56,135 nt of DNA from Bigelowiella natans CCMP2755 (lineage: Eukaryota > Protista > Cercozoa). The translations under genes and the position numbers were made by a program. Under the pieces are notes generated by a model. The model was given only the letters and a program-made list of their open reading frames with translations, searched no databases and was not told where the DNA came from. Positions 25,900 through 38,992 of the stretch are shown one piece after another; the stretch's first letter is position 1, and every line of letters starts with the position of its first letter. The stretch covers positions 1-56,135 of the forward strand of contig ADNK01002391.1 of NCBI GenBank assembly GCA_000320545.1. The letters run 5' to 3'.

Positions 25900-26450
25900 T
25901 TCATTCCCAAGGCATGCAGGTGAGTGGAAGCGCGCAGTTACGAGCAACGGCAAAGTCACGCCTTGAACACTGCGGTGCGACCCTGTCGAAGAGAACTATG
26001 TCTAAGCATTCATCATAGGACTTGTTTGCAGTGGCATCTTCTGACATGATGACTGTTCGTTCTTCTGTAGACTAAGCAAATACTTAATTTTGTATTTTTT
26101 GTATCGCATTGAATGCCTGAATAATGTACGCATGCTCTGTGCAATCAAGGTGCAAATAAACAGTTTACACGATGTGCGCGCGCTGCGCTGCGTGAGCAAA
26201 ATTTTTGATAGTTGCCGCATGGCGTGGCGGCATGTGTAATTAAACGCTATTTAGAGCTATACGCGCTCATGTTGCTGAGGATCGCCTGGATTTGTGGATT
26301 TTCGCAAGCAGCTTGTCATGTCGCGATTGCGTATCAGATTGTCGGGCAGCAGCGCGTAACACCCGATAAATCATTGCGAAATCGTACGCATGGCCACGTA
26401 CTATGTAGGATAAGACAAAAAAATGCGTGAAGATGCATCTAACCTGCGCC
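25900..26450. other. Palindrome-rich tract 3' of the kinase
   Basis: gtacgcatgc, gtgcgcgcgctgcgctgcgtg, ggcatgtgt, cgtacgcatgg. Confidence 0.6.
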
Positions 26451-26589
26451 CGTGAGGTGGATAACCTTAGAACTGTCTTTGACCAGTAAGCTTATATTTG
26501 CATAAAACAATCTATCTAGCACATTCGCTATGAGTTTCTGTCATCATTTTTTAAAATTTGACTCATGTGTTTTTCTGTTAAACAATATC

Positions 26590-27022
26590 AAGGATACGAA
26601 GAGTCGTTAGGTCGAGATGATATACATAATCGAATGTTTCAGCAGCTGGGACAGCTAGAAAACAACAAAAGAAATTTAATGAAGAAATAATTCATGTATT
26701 TATTTATTTGAATTCTAAATAAATTAAAATAATATGATCTCAATTAAGTTATTTAAAAAAGATTTTGGATGTCGCTCGATCAGGTTGTGGGATTGTGTCT
26801 TAGGATACACTATTTATCATATGGTGTCTGTGCACAATGCTATGTTATAATGCAAAAGCGAGCATCATTGAATACATGCGCGATGATGAAGGAAGTGCCA
26901 AGGCTGAGAAAATGCACAAACGTTCGATCAAGATTATGAATGTATTGTTGGAAGGAAATCATGAAGAAGCAAAAAGCTTGCAAGCATAACTAGATAGTGT
27001 TACTTCTGATGAAACCATTTAG
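26590..27022 (+). pseudogene. Degraded kinesin-light-chain-like TPR fragment
   Basis: GYEESLGRDDIH and AEKMHKRSIKIMNVLLEGNHEE resemble TPR_12-type repeats. There is an apparent frameshift near 26845 and an in-frame TAA near 26987. Confidence 0.4.
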
Positions 27023-27089
27023 CCAAAACGCGCAACGAAGCAGATTGAAGAATCCATGAATCGAAAGAAGCAAGTGGGCTTGGCTGAGA

Positions 27090-27900
27090 AACTACACATG
27101 CAACTTGGAACATGCACATGCATGTGAGGATGCAGACATTGCATGTACAATTGCGTCATGCATATTCCAAGTAATTTTTTTTAAGACGGATGCACAAGCG
27201 AAGTAATTGAATCTTTTCAGTATAGTCGTCATGTTGTCTCTACGTAGTCAATGGGGCCATGTGTAGAGTACGCACACCTACAATAAACATGTGCAAAAGC
27301 ACGCATCGCATGTTCTATAAATAAGCAGCATGCGCACACATCATCCATGCCACACATGTGTTCTAAAGTACACGCGCGTGCGCTATCGTGCTATCATGCC
27401 CATAGTGCTATGGACACAGTGCATATTGTGTATTTTGCAACATTCACGTGATAACCACCAGCATTTGCATCTGCACGCATGGATAGAATGATGTGCACTT
27501 TGGAGCACGTGTGCATCATCCATGCATCACAAGATGCACGACGTACGTACAGGTTTACATTTCACGAGATTCGTGACGTGGCGTTCACGTTCTCTAGTGC
27601 CTCATGCACAGCGCAACCTAGCAATGCATCGCAGTCATTCTGCGTAGGCAAAATTGCACACATATTTGGACGGGGACTCATGTCAACTAGCGTGAACGTA
27701 AAAACGTGTGCGCACGCACGCACGCTCATCAATTTTGATGTGAACCCTAAACATGTTCTAGTGTTACTTGCACAGTGCCATGTCGAAACAGTGAATCAAA
27801 TGCGTACGTGTCCGCTGCAGCTGACGTACATGTCACTACCACATGCATGTACATGTTTAAATGTGGTCAATGTAGATACATACCGTGTTTGTCACGTTTC
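27090..27900. other. Palindrome-rich tract 3' of the thioesterase
   Basis: acatgcacatgcatgt, acacgcgcgtgcgc, acgtacgtac, acatgcatgtacatgt. Confidence 0.75.
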
Positions 27901-27925
27901 GACTGTAAAGACGGGGCTATTAAAT

Positions 27926-29175
27926 TTACCCTTTTGTAGAAATGTCCGGTGCATTATTTTCCAAATCCACTACTTTTGCTCGCAACTCGTCATTTATATT
28001 ATATTTTGCCTCTGCAATGTAGTCGAACCTGTCCAAACGTGACAATCACACATATATCCTAGTTACTCTAAACTATCTAATCGTTAAACAGTAGGTTTTT
28101 GTGCAAAGTACAGCTCAACGCCCCTCATAAGTAGTCTAGTAAGAACTTACAAAACTAAAATTGCAGAACCGGTGGCACAACTTTCCCCCATTTTATTTAG
28201 AAGTAAGTATCTGTGTGGAAGACAGACGACAAATATTGAGGAGGTACAATGCTTATTAAGTATTTGTTGTAATCATACGTACTCTACAGATAAGCTCGTA
28301 TTTCCCAATTTGGTCGCTCTACAGCACACGGTCACGGTGTCCTACATGTGTTTATAAATGTTAATAATATATATAAATTTCATAACAAAAATAAAGAGCA
28401 TTTTTTTTTAAATTCATAACAGAAGATTGAATGTGCGAAAATGAAATTTCACAGCGACGATTTGTGCAAGCTGGATATTATTACTGGGAAGCTAACGGGC
28501 TTTAAGAAGTTACACTCGCTCCTTGCTATTATAGCCCCGTTCTCATCCTTTGCATTGCCTTTAAGCATAATTCCTGATAATGTAAGGTTTTAGCAGGTTA
28601 CTGTACCATCTTTTTCAGCGTCTCGAACGGAAGTTGCAGTCTTTGAAGACTCCTGTCTTCTTCTTCTTCTTCTTCTTCTTCTTCTACTACTACTACTACT
28701 ACTACTACTACCCCTCTTTCAACCGCTACTTCCTTAATTTTATCTCTTCGCTGATTTACCTATACTTTGAAGGTATGCTATATGTGCTGATTCCCACCAA
28801 CGATAGAACTGGCAATTGTTAACGTGCATGTATGCATCCTGAGAACGAAGAGATATTAGTATGGGTAACTTGTGAAGAGATTCACGTCCACAATGTTTTT
28901 AACTGAAGTCAACCTGATCCCCCCATTGAACTGGCGCCTATGTAAAAGATAGGAGGAAAATATTAGGTTGTAAATCATGAAATCGTATCCGTTGACCATC
29001 TCTGAGTTTCTCACTGTCACTCGCAGAGTAGATAGACAGCAAGCACCTTCTCGCAAACTATTTTCGACTATTACAACACCTTTATCTGCACAGGCCACCC
29101 TCTTCTTGGTAAGGTTGTTGCCATTCTTCTCACCCCGACACATGGCCGACAACATTTTCGTAGTCGGCACAGCAT
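27926..29175 (-). CDS. Hotdog-fold acyl-CoA thioesterase (4HBT/YbgC-like), probably mitochondrial (7 exons)
   Basis: Arg-rich presequence MLCRLRKCCRPCVGVRRMATT, then APVQWGDQ|DAYMHVNNCQFYRWWESAH, IIARSECNFLKPVSFP|DTVTV..KLGNTS, CATGSAILVLFDY..DELRAKVVDLE. Confidence 0.9.
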
Positions 29176-29196
29176 GGGCAGGGGTAAAATACAAAT

Positions 29197-29283
29197 GTGT
29201 TGTAGTTGTTGTTGCGAATAAGAAAGTGTTGTAGTTGTTGTTGCGAATAAGAAAGTGTTGTAGTTGTTGTTGCGAATAAAAAC
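29197..29283. repeat. 29-bp tandem repeat x3 in the divergent spacer
   Basis: GTGTTGTAGTTGTTGTTGCGAATAAGAAA starting at 29197, 29226 and 29255. Confidence 0.92.
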
Positions 29284-29473
29284 GTTGCGAAAGTTGTTGC
29301 GAACATAGGAATTTGAATCATCGACACACACGTCACTGCCTTCCATCGTCTTCCATCGGCTCCTCCCCCTTCCATACCACTCCTCCGCCCCTACTTCGAA
29401 CCGACGCGCTTGCTTCATCTTATTCTGCGATCAACTAACCTTAATATCCTTCAACATTGACGACGACACGAAC

Positions 29474-30121
29474 ATGGTTAGCATCACAGTCCTGTTGCAC
29501 ATACAAGCATCACTTCAAAATGAAGAATACCAATTAATGTACTCCTCTTCTAATAATACGTGTGCAGTCGCAAAAAGCTGCCAATGATGCACAAGCCTCT
29601 AAATTTATGAGAGAAGGGAATAAATGGTACTTCGACAACCGTCACGACTACCGTCTATGTTATTCTTGCATAAGAATGGTTATGATAATCAACATCATTA
29701 TGTGGATTGCATTGTTGGTGTATTGGTGTTGCATCTCCTATTATTGTAAGGATGAGTACAACTATGTTTCGGTGGAATCCGGACTACTATCAAGCAGCTA
29801 ATGCTTACACGGAAGCTGCAAGATTATACAAAAAAAACCAAGACCTATCCAAGTAAGTACATCCAATTTTTTGAGACGCGATGGAATGAAACGATGGATG
29901 CGATGGAATGAAACAATAGAGGGGGGAGGTGTTCAAAAGGAATACGTAATTTGGAAGTATGCTATTACAATATTCTAAAATTAATAAAACAACAATAATA
30001 ATAAAAAAAATAATAACAAATAACAAAAATGATTATGATAATGATGATATGATGAAAAATCAGTTATGCCGCTGCACAAACTGCTGTGGGAACTGCTTCC
30101 TACAAGCAAGGACGGTAATAG

Positions 30122-30191
<70 letters not shown>

Positions 30192-30782
30192 TAAATGAAA
30201 TGATTAATCATTATCATCATCATCATCATCATCTTCATCTTCATCAGAGAAACACACATATTTTCATCGCAGCAGCAGCGTGCATGCAAGTGGTGTTCTC
30301 TATGTCCTCATTATGACAACCAACCACTATTACCACCTGATGACGACGATGATGATGATTATGACTATATTCTTGCTGCTATTATCACCGCCACTACTAC
30401 TATTCACAAGCGGGAGCATCATCTCCTATCATAATATGGAAGTACTTTAGATTTAGTGCTTTTCATCTTTTTGTTGTAATTATGGATGTTGCTCTGTCCT
30501 GCTCTCCAAAAGGCTCTTGAAAGGGGCACAGGAGCTAGATACAGCTGCAATGACGGTACAACATTCGAATATCTGCTGATGCCATTTGCCACTACTTTCA
30601 CCACGTCCCTCTAAATTTGAAACTACAACTGCATGGTGTTGTTGCATACAACTGCCATTAGATTGTCAATTTGGATGGAGATGCGAAGGTATGATTTTTC
30701 ATCATCATGTGAATAATAGCACCACCTAATGCCCTCCGCTTTCTTCCTTGGATTCTGTGATGATGATCAGGATGATAATGAC

Positions 30783-30813
<31 letters not shown>

Positions 30814-31064
30814 GCGGTATCATTATAATAAATGGTGATATTCTAATAAATACTCTATTTGATAGTGTGCTTTCCCTTGATGTGAAGGATGATGCTGTGC
30901 CGATTTATGAATTATGATGTGAGATATTCTTTTGTTATATGACCATAGTTGGCGGGTTCTTTATATGAGAAATCTGCGGAGTGGTACTTGGAGAAAACAA
31001 GCATTGATCGGGTAGTAGTACTAGTAGTAGTATGGTAGTAATAGTAGTATTAGTATGGTAGTAA

Positions 31065-31099
<35 letters not shown>

Positions 31100-31685
31100 A
31101 GGAGTGGAATAATATGGGAGAGAGAGCGTTTGTTTAGTAGATTATTTTTGCTACTGCAGAATTGAATTTTAGATCAGTGAATAGCTAAATATACTGTATA
31201 TGTTGTGTATTTGGGGGGTTATGTTGTATTTACTGCGTGATGATGATGATGATTATGATGATGATGATAGGCTGGCAGAACGTTGGTCAAAGCTGGTAAT
31301 GAGTTTTATATATCAACACAAACGTGATATCATAAGTAAGAGCCTTATAAATGCAGGATCAATGTGTGTAATTGTTAAAACATATATACATACTCGGCTT
31401 CTTCTATCTGTAATTTCTTGTTTTTACGATGTTCTCCGATGGTGCTATTTGCCATGTGAGAGTCATGACGAAGTAGTAGTGTCCTTATGAAATAAATTAC
31501 AGTTCGGTGATATAATTCCAATCTTATCATCATCATCATCAGCAAAATGCGTTCAGAAAACAGATACCAAGGAAGCAGCAAGATTTGCTTTAAAAGCGTA
31601 ATAATAAGTTGTAGTAGTGAATTGAACATTTAAACCACTCCTGTGCTATTTGTTTGTTTCATTAGCCTGATATCATGGTGACGAC

Positions 31686-31716
<31 letters not shown>

Positions 31717-32076
31717 GCACCATTCATCATATACGATCTTCATATTGAACGGTGCACTACTATTCTCTCAAGGATGATCATCTTATACATTTTTGTTTGC
31801 TATATATTCAACAGCATGAAGGTTTACCCTATCCCCAACAAAGGTCGGTTTGTACTACTTACTGTGTTTTATCACTGTTGTGAGAAAAATTTTCAATGAT
31901 GATAATAATAGTGAGAAGAAGAAGAAGAAGAAGAAGAAGAAGATGATGATAATGGTGATGATGATAACGACAATGATCTAGGATGATGATATGTCGCAGG
32001 AAGAAGAGTACAGAACATGGACACCTACAATACGGTTTTAGGCTTACTCATTCGGACTAAAAAGTACTTACTACCG

Positions 32077-32111
<35 letters not shown>

Positions 32112-32396
32112 TAATAATAATAATATTAATAATGATGGTAAATGCTATAATATTTATGATTATTATCGCCATTTGAACGACAACGATGACAACTATACGA
32201 TAACAAGTGCAAAACTTAGTACCACTACTACCACCTCCTCCATGTTTCACGTATTATAATCTACATCAACTCTCTACTATCTCACCACCACCACCACCAC
32301 CACCACCACCACCACCACTCACAAAAAATACATCGACTACTCCTTACCGTTGTTGTCTTCTTCTTTCTTTCACTCTCTTTTCTCTTCTTCTCTTTT

Positions 32397-32441
<45 letters not shown>

Positions 32442-34247
32442 ATAGCTTCCAAGAAGCTGATGAGTGCATTGTCATCCAACTAAAGCACCTGAATGTTGAT
32501 CCAAACGAATACAATCGTTACATTTATAAGGCATGGAGTGCACGTGCGGTACCATTCATATTTGCAGATGACTAAATCTACTTCTTCATTCTCAAACCAA
32601 TCGTGTATTCATAACAACATGATTAAGAATTGAATGATTGAATGGTGTTCACACTCTCCTCCTCCTCCTCCTCCTCCTCCTCCTCCTCCTCCCCCTCTCA
32701 GGTCTTAGCTCTTTCTGATAGTAACTTTGATAGATGTGCAAAGGTTAGTGCTACTACTGCTGCTGCTGCTGCTGGTGAATGTGTATAGTACCAACAATGC
32801 ATGTAATAGCAAGCATCATCATCATTATCACCATCACTACCATCGTCCTCTCCTCTTCTATTAGTGGTGGTGGTTGTAGTGCAAAGGTAAAAGAAAAGAA
32901 GAAGAGAAAGAAGAATATATTTAAAGAAAGAACAAATAAAGGCTTTGATCTTTGATGTTCACCTGCTATTCAATTTGATACTAATCTTCTTCTTTTTTAT
33001 TCTTTTCGCTTCTTGTATGTGATAAGATCATTGGTCAAACTTTTGAACAAGTTACTGCTTATGGGGAGACACCGTGGGGGTAGTAGCAGTAGCAGTAGCA
33101 GCAGCACCAGCAGCAATAGCATATGATGCTGATGATTACTACTGGCAAATGTATGAGCAAGTTGGTGAATGCTGATGATTACTACTAGGAAATGTATGAG
33201 GAAGTTGGTGAATGCTCTCGCTCATGCAAAGACGGTAGTGTAGTGTAGTGTAGTGTAGTAGTATGGGCAGCAGGGTTTATATTATGAGTGTGTTACAACA
33301 TACATACTATTACTACCATAACAGCAGCAACAACAGCAGCAGCTACAACAACAATAACAACAACATATACCCTGCATGCTTGGGTGTTATTATCGTGGTA
33401 GCAGTAGTGGTGGTAGTAATAGTAGTAGTAGTAGTAGTAGTAGCCTTATTTTATTAAACATCATCCTCTCTCTTCCATTTATTGTTGTTGTTCTTACACT
33501 TCCTCGTTCTACCACCTTCTACTAGGATACTTTCAATGCTATCATGAAAGGACCTGAATTCAAAGCTTTGGATAACCAGGTATTACTAGTAATTATTACA
33601 CGACGAAAGTCAAGACAGAATCTAGCGCTATGTTATGATTTTTGATAGTCAAACGATAGAGAGAACACCTCGATATATGGGAAATGATGAAATGGCAAAG
33701 AATATCTCTCGTTGTTGAAGGAACTTATCTGTTGTTTGTGATAACAATGACGATGATACTACCACTATTACTGCTGCTACTACTAATAATAATAATAATG
33801 ATGGTCATAGTGGAAATGAATGTTAGTAGCTACTTCTCCTGCAATTGCCTCCATTGCTGCATCCTCTTCTTTTTCTTCTTCTTCCGTCACTGCTACTACT
33901 ACTATTATTACTACTACTACTACTACTTCTATCTCCAGCAACACTACCAACCTACTGCAGCATTCATTATTATTTATTGGACAATAAAATCTTTATTATC
34001 ATCACCATCATCATTTGTACCATTATTCATCATATCTATCAACAAAACAAGGTTGCACGTCTAGCTAGAAAGATTGAGCTGGATTCAAAGTCTTATGAAC
34101 AAAAAGGCGTTAGTAAAGTGCAATACGAGGTCAAATAATACATAAGTATGCACCGCCTAATTCCTCCTCCTTGTCCTCCTCCTCCTCGATATTGTTATTC
34201 GTTATTCGTGTTGTTGTGATGCTACCGTTTGATTGCAACTCTCACAC

Positions 34248-34283
<36 letters not shown>

Positions 34284-34420
34284 AACATAATTAGAATAAT
34301 AATAATATTGTTTGGTTTCTACTTAAGGCACTCAACGACAAGATCACTGAAATATGCGGTGCGCTGGAAGTCGATGAAGAAGGAAGAGTTGTGGCGCAGA
34401 AAGGCAATGCTAATTTTATG

Positions 34421-34455
<35 letters not shown>

Positions 34456-34571
34456 GATCGTAGTAATTGATAATAACTATGGTTGTGGCTCTAACAGGAT
34501 CCTCGCAGCAGCAAATAAAAAGTGAAGATTTAGACCTTACTGGAGGTGTTGAAGGCTTGGATCTCACGTAG
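29474..34571 (+). CDS. NAPG: Gamma-soluble NSF attachment protein (gamma-SNAP)
   Basis: First coding exon is the ATG only. Spliced: ASKFMREGNKWMSTTMFRWNPDYYQAANAYTEAA, GAQELDTAA, LYEKSAEWY, FKALDNQVARLARKI, and the acidic C-terminus EDLDLTGGVEGLDLT*. Confidence 0.88.
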
Positions 34572-34719
34572 TAGTAGTAATAGTAGTAGTAGTTGTCTTG
34601 TGGTAGTGTTGTAGTCGTTGCAGTAGTTGTGAAGTATTTGCCACCACTGTGTCTAGAAGTGTGAGCAAAGGTTAAGGAGGGAGGAAATAGAGCATCATCA
34701 GTCATCATAGCACTACTAG

Positions 34720-35710
34720 ACTGAGCATGCAATGAGACATACAAGTACTCGTAGTAATACACATAAAACATGTGATATCATCACTGTTCCTGATACGCAG
34801 CAGCGTACAGCAACGTCTAGACATCATCCAGGAGGCTGTGTCATTGTCGTTGTGACTGTGCAAGCAAACGCTAGCATGCAAGGCTAAAAGGTTCAAGCGC
34901 TATCACGCTATGGCATGTCTCCATGCTAGCATGTGACTAGATGACGTTGCGAAACGACGCTGCCAAGGATCGTAGTAATAATGCCCAACATCATGCAGTA
35001 TTTGATGTGCATCTAGGCGTGCTCATTGAGCAGTGTGTGAGCATGTCCTGCTAGCCTACTCTAGTACTAGCCCGCACTGGCGTATGGGATGATTACAATG
35101 GCTAGCAGATCATTAGATCACCGCACATCTAGATGTGTGTGCAATCTAGCAATGCATTGTAAGATCTAGAGATTGCTAGATTGCATGAGCGGCCATGTGT
35201 TGCATGTGTACGTAGTTGCCATGCGACCATGGCTTTTGCGTGTAGCATCAGGGCTTGCTAACTAGATGTACTGTGGAATGAAAAACGAAAGTAATTAAAG
35301 ATCGACGTGTCATCACGTCGTCGTACGTCTCAATAATGTAATGTTTAGTAGTGTGCAGCATGTGTTCACACATCACACGCATGGATGCGAATATGTACAT
35401 CATTAGATAAGCTCTACTAGTCTAAGCTGTGTGCATTTTGGCTATGTGACCTACGGTTAGTAGCCTATCGCTAGTAGATAAAATGTAGAGAAACATAGCA
35501 ATGATACGTCGCAAAGTATGTCACCTACTCTATGACAGCAGTGCCCTTTTTGCACAGCTATATTAGGATGACTATTGAAAAGATTTAATGACTTCATTAC
35601 ACTCGTCTCATAAGCAGCAGTGTGTTTGGCAATTTATATGCTGTGATCAATATTTGCTGATCTAGCTCTGACAGTGGATGATACACGTGTGTGTGGTGTT
35701 AAACAATGTA
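34720..35710. other. Palindrome-rich convergent-junction tract (NAPG / cyclophilin-like)
   Basis: gctagcatgc, catgctagcatg, acatctagatgt, tgcatgtgtacgta. Confidence 0.75.
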
Positions 35711-35904
35711 TCAATGCGCCGAAGGTATCTTGTTTGCTGTGGTCTCATATCATCGTAACTACCTAATACTCGCTGCTGCTACTGACACTATAGATGGAGA
35801 TATTGACGACTCTAGACCATGTGTTTCAGATATCGCTTCTTCTTCTTCTTCTTCTTCTTCTTCTTCTTCTTCATATTCCATTATTATTGATAACTGTTTC
35901 AGAT

Positions 35905-36336
35905 TCACGAGTCGCTTGCAGGAGGAGGAGGAGTTAAATCCCTCTCTACTCGAGTTCCGATGATAAAGCTCAGCTGCGGATAATTTTCTTCAAGATATCG
36001 ATTGCCTGTGATAGGTGTTGATGTATGGCAAGTGTTAAGATGAGAAGAAGAAGAAGAGACGATAATCGATATATCAACGTGGATGTAATGTCTTGCGATA
36101 TTGCAATCAGCGTTGGAAATAATATACATGTATGAGGCAGCATATAGGAAATTCAAGAGAGAAGAGAAGATCAACATGGGTAGTAATGGAATTCCCATAC
36201 GTGCCAATATTCGTTACCACCTTGCATATAAATCTTGATTGGGTCAGGTGCTGCTATAGTAGCAGCTGGATTGCTAGTTGGTGACGATGAATATGCAGAG
36301 TATAGCGCATCTATTGTCTGGATTCCTATCGTTGGC

Positions 36337-36386
<50 letters not shown>

Positions 36387-36681
36387 TATGTATATTATGT
36401 ATATATGTATGGATCATATCAATTATTTTGTTTGACACACAAAGTAATAATACCTTCATAGCGTATGCAAACTACATTGATAGTAGTAACTCACATAATT
36501 GATTTCTATATTATATGTTCCATGCATATAGCATCATATGACCTGAGACTATCCTAGCAAATGGAGCAAAACCTTCGTCATCGAGATCTGAGAAAGATGA
36601 TTTTAACAAAATAGAATAATCATATTATTATCACTATGCTGTTACAACAATACTCATATATCACAGCTCCCTCCACCCCCC

Positions 36682-36730
<49 letters not shown>

Positions 36731-38100
36731 GGAGTTATTTATAGTTCTAGTAGTACATACGACGTATACGCTAAATATTAGCGGTGTCTCTGGAGCTGCA
36801 CAACAATAACTACTACTACTTCTCACGTGTGTTATCCACGAGATTGATAAAAACTTCTGTCGTTGTCATCGTCCTTAAGGACCACCAAATACATTTAATT
36901 TAATTACATTATTTGCGGAAGAATTTCCACTACACACACACACACACACACACACAGCATATACACAGCACATGCACTACCACACCACCACACGCTATTC
37001 AGCATTGATTCCAATATGATTCATACACAAAGTAGGAGGTGGCAGCTGTTGGAAGAGCTATGATCAATGGCAGGGGGTATGACATAAGAATAAGAAGAAG
37101 AAAAAGAAGAAGAAACAGCACCCTAGCCTTGCCCTAGAATCAGGAGCAAACGAAAGGTACCTTTGCAATAACAGCATCACATTTAGTATAGAGAACACTT
37201 ATCATTATCACCATCACCACCACTATGATCATGTGATGATGATAACACCCACCCTCTTTTGTTTGATTCCTTGACTGGGTCCTCAGGAAGGGGCCTCATT
37301 CCCCATGCTTCTGAAACCCTGGATGATGATGATGATTGAGATGATGAAGATGATGATGATCATCATCATGGTGGTGGTAGTGGTCAAGAAAAGACCTCCA
37401 TGATGATACTTACAATTGATCAATCCATCTTGCAGCAGCATTGATCATCATCATCGTCATCATCATCATCATCATCATTGTCATCGTCTCAGTAATAAAT
37501 GCAATAGTCTTCTAACTAATGATGATACTTATGTTACATATATTATAACGTACGTGATGATACTTATGCTACATATATGTTATAACGTACGTGGGATCTC
37601 CATTTATTCCAAAATGGGCGACGAAGTTCTCCTCTACTTTAAAGAATTTGTTTCCAGCATAGAAACCAGTGTTTGCCAGTTGTAAAAATCGCCCAGATGC
37701 ATATGGCGCCCAGCTATAAATAATAATAATATAATCCTTAACAACAACGCAATCAGCTGCAATGAAGTAGTAAACAATAATAATAATATGATTATTAATA
37801 GTAATGATAATAGCTGGGTGACAATAATTCGTGGTTCTTCAATAGCTTCTTCACTCACCCCATATCCTCCTCCTCCTCCTCCTCTTCTAATTCCTATAAT
37901 GTATGGTATTTTTGCTGACCTATCATGCACTTCTAGAATGACCTCCCCCCTCTCTGTATCTGATATCTGTACCTAATAAAAGAGAGAGAGAGAGAGAGAG
38001 GGGTCAAATATGATGATTTGTTAACGTTGTTGTTGTTGTTGTTGTTGTTGTTGATGATGAATGATGATGATACAAAGATGGTGTTCTTCTTCTTCTTCAC

Positions 38101-38133
<33 letters not shown>

Positions 38134-38769
38134 TTTCCCTTTTTATTTACGAGAATGATAAATAACCCATCCATCCATCCACCCACCCATCGTTATCATT
38201 ATTACTACTACTATACCATACCAGCATTTTAACATAGGTTGTATCCCAGTCAAAACTTGATGTTTTGGGAGGAGCAGCAGGACAGTGACATTGCATTTCA
38301 GGAGCCTAATAATAAAGGTGTTGATTCACGTTGATATGTAGGAAGATAGGAAATGTGCTGCTGCTACTTAAAATTGACTGAGTAGGTAGAAGTACCTTTT
38401 TAGCCTTTCTTTGCTTCTAATTGTGTGTGTTTTTTGGGATGATGTCACCGTGCATGTGATATTATATATAAATTTATACATTATATCGCATGTTTAGAAT
38501 GTAAATAATATTGCCTTTGATGGTATTTCGTGACCAATCTTCTTTACCTACTGCTACCACTAAAACTACTACTACTACTACTACTATTGGTGTTGTACCA
38601 TAGTAAGATCTGGATTGTAGTATTTCTCGATTGCCCCTGCACACACACGACTGCAGGTCATCCTCCTTACCTTTTATGGTGGTACACAGTAGACAAGTAG
38701 TAGTAGTGGTAGTAGTAGTAGTAGCAGTGTCATCAAACATATCAAATCAGCCAAATTCGAACACACACA

Positions 38770-38807
<38 letters not shown>

Positions 38808-38958
38808 TATGTATTTGTGGCAATAACAACAATATTCACATTGATTCATTCTTTGTTTTATTCAAATATCCAAGATCACGCAAGTAACTTTCTGCTCGTT
38901 GGAGCTATTGTATACAGCCAATCATTTCATAACTGCTACATCATCCACATTCATAATG

Positions 38959-38992
<34 letters not shown>

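Noticed and set aside
22700-27900. Transposon or endogenous virus boundaries around the intronless cassette
   Set aside because: No terminal inverted repeats, LTRs, target-site duplication, transposase, integrase or capsid gene could be seen.
27479-28042. 187-aa plus-strand ORF and similar C/H/M/A-rich ORFs in palindrome tracts (661-966, 22782-23030, 44701-45105)
   Set aside because: The amino-acid bias follows from TGCA/CATG composition. There are no motifs, and this one overlaps the last thioesterase exon antisense.
29197-29283. CRISPR-like 29-bp repeats
   Set aside because: Head-to-tail tandem copies with no spacers, no cas genes and a eukaryotic context.
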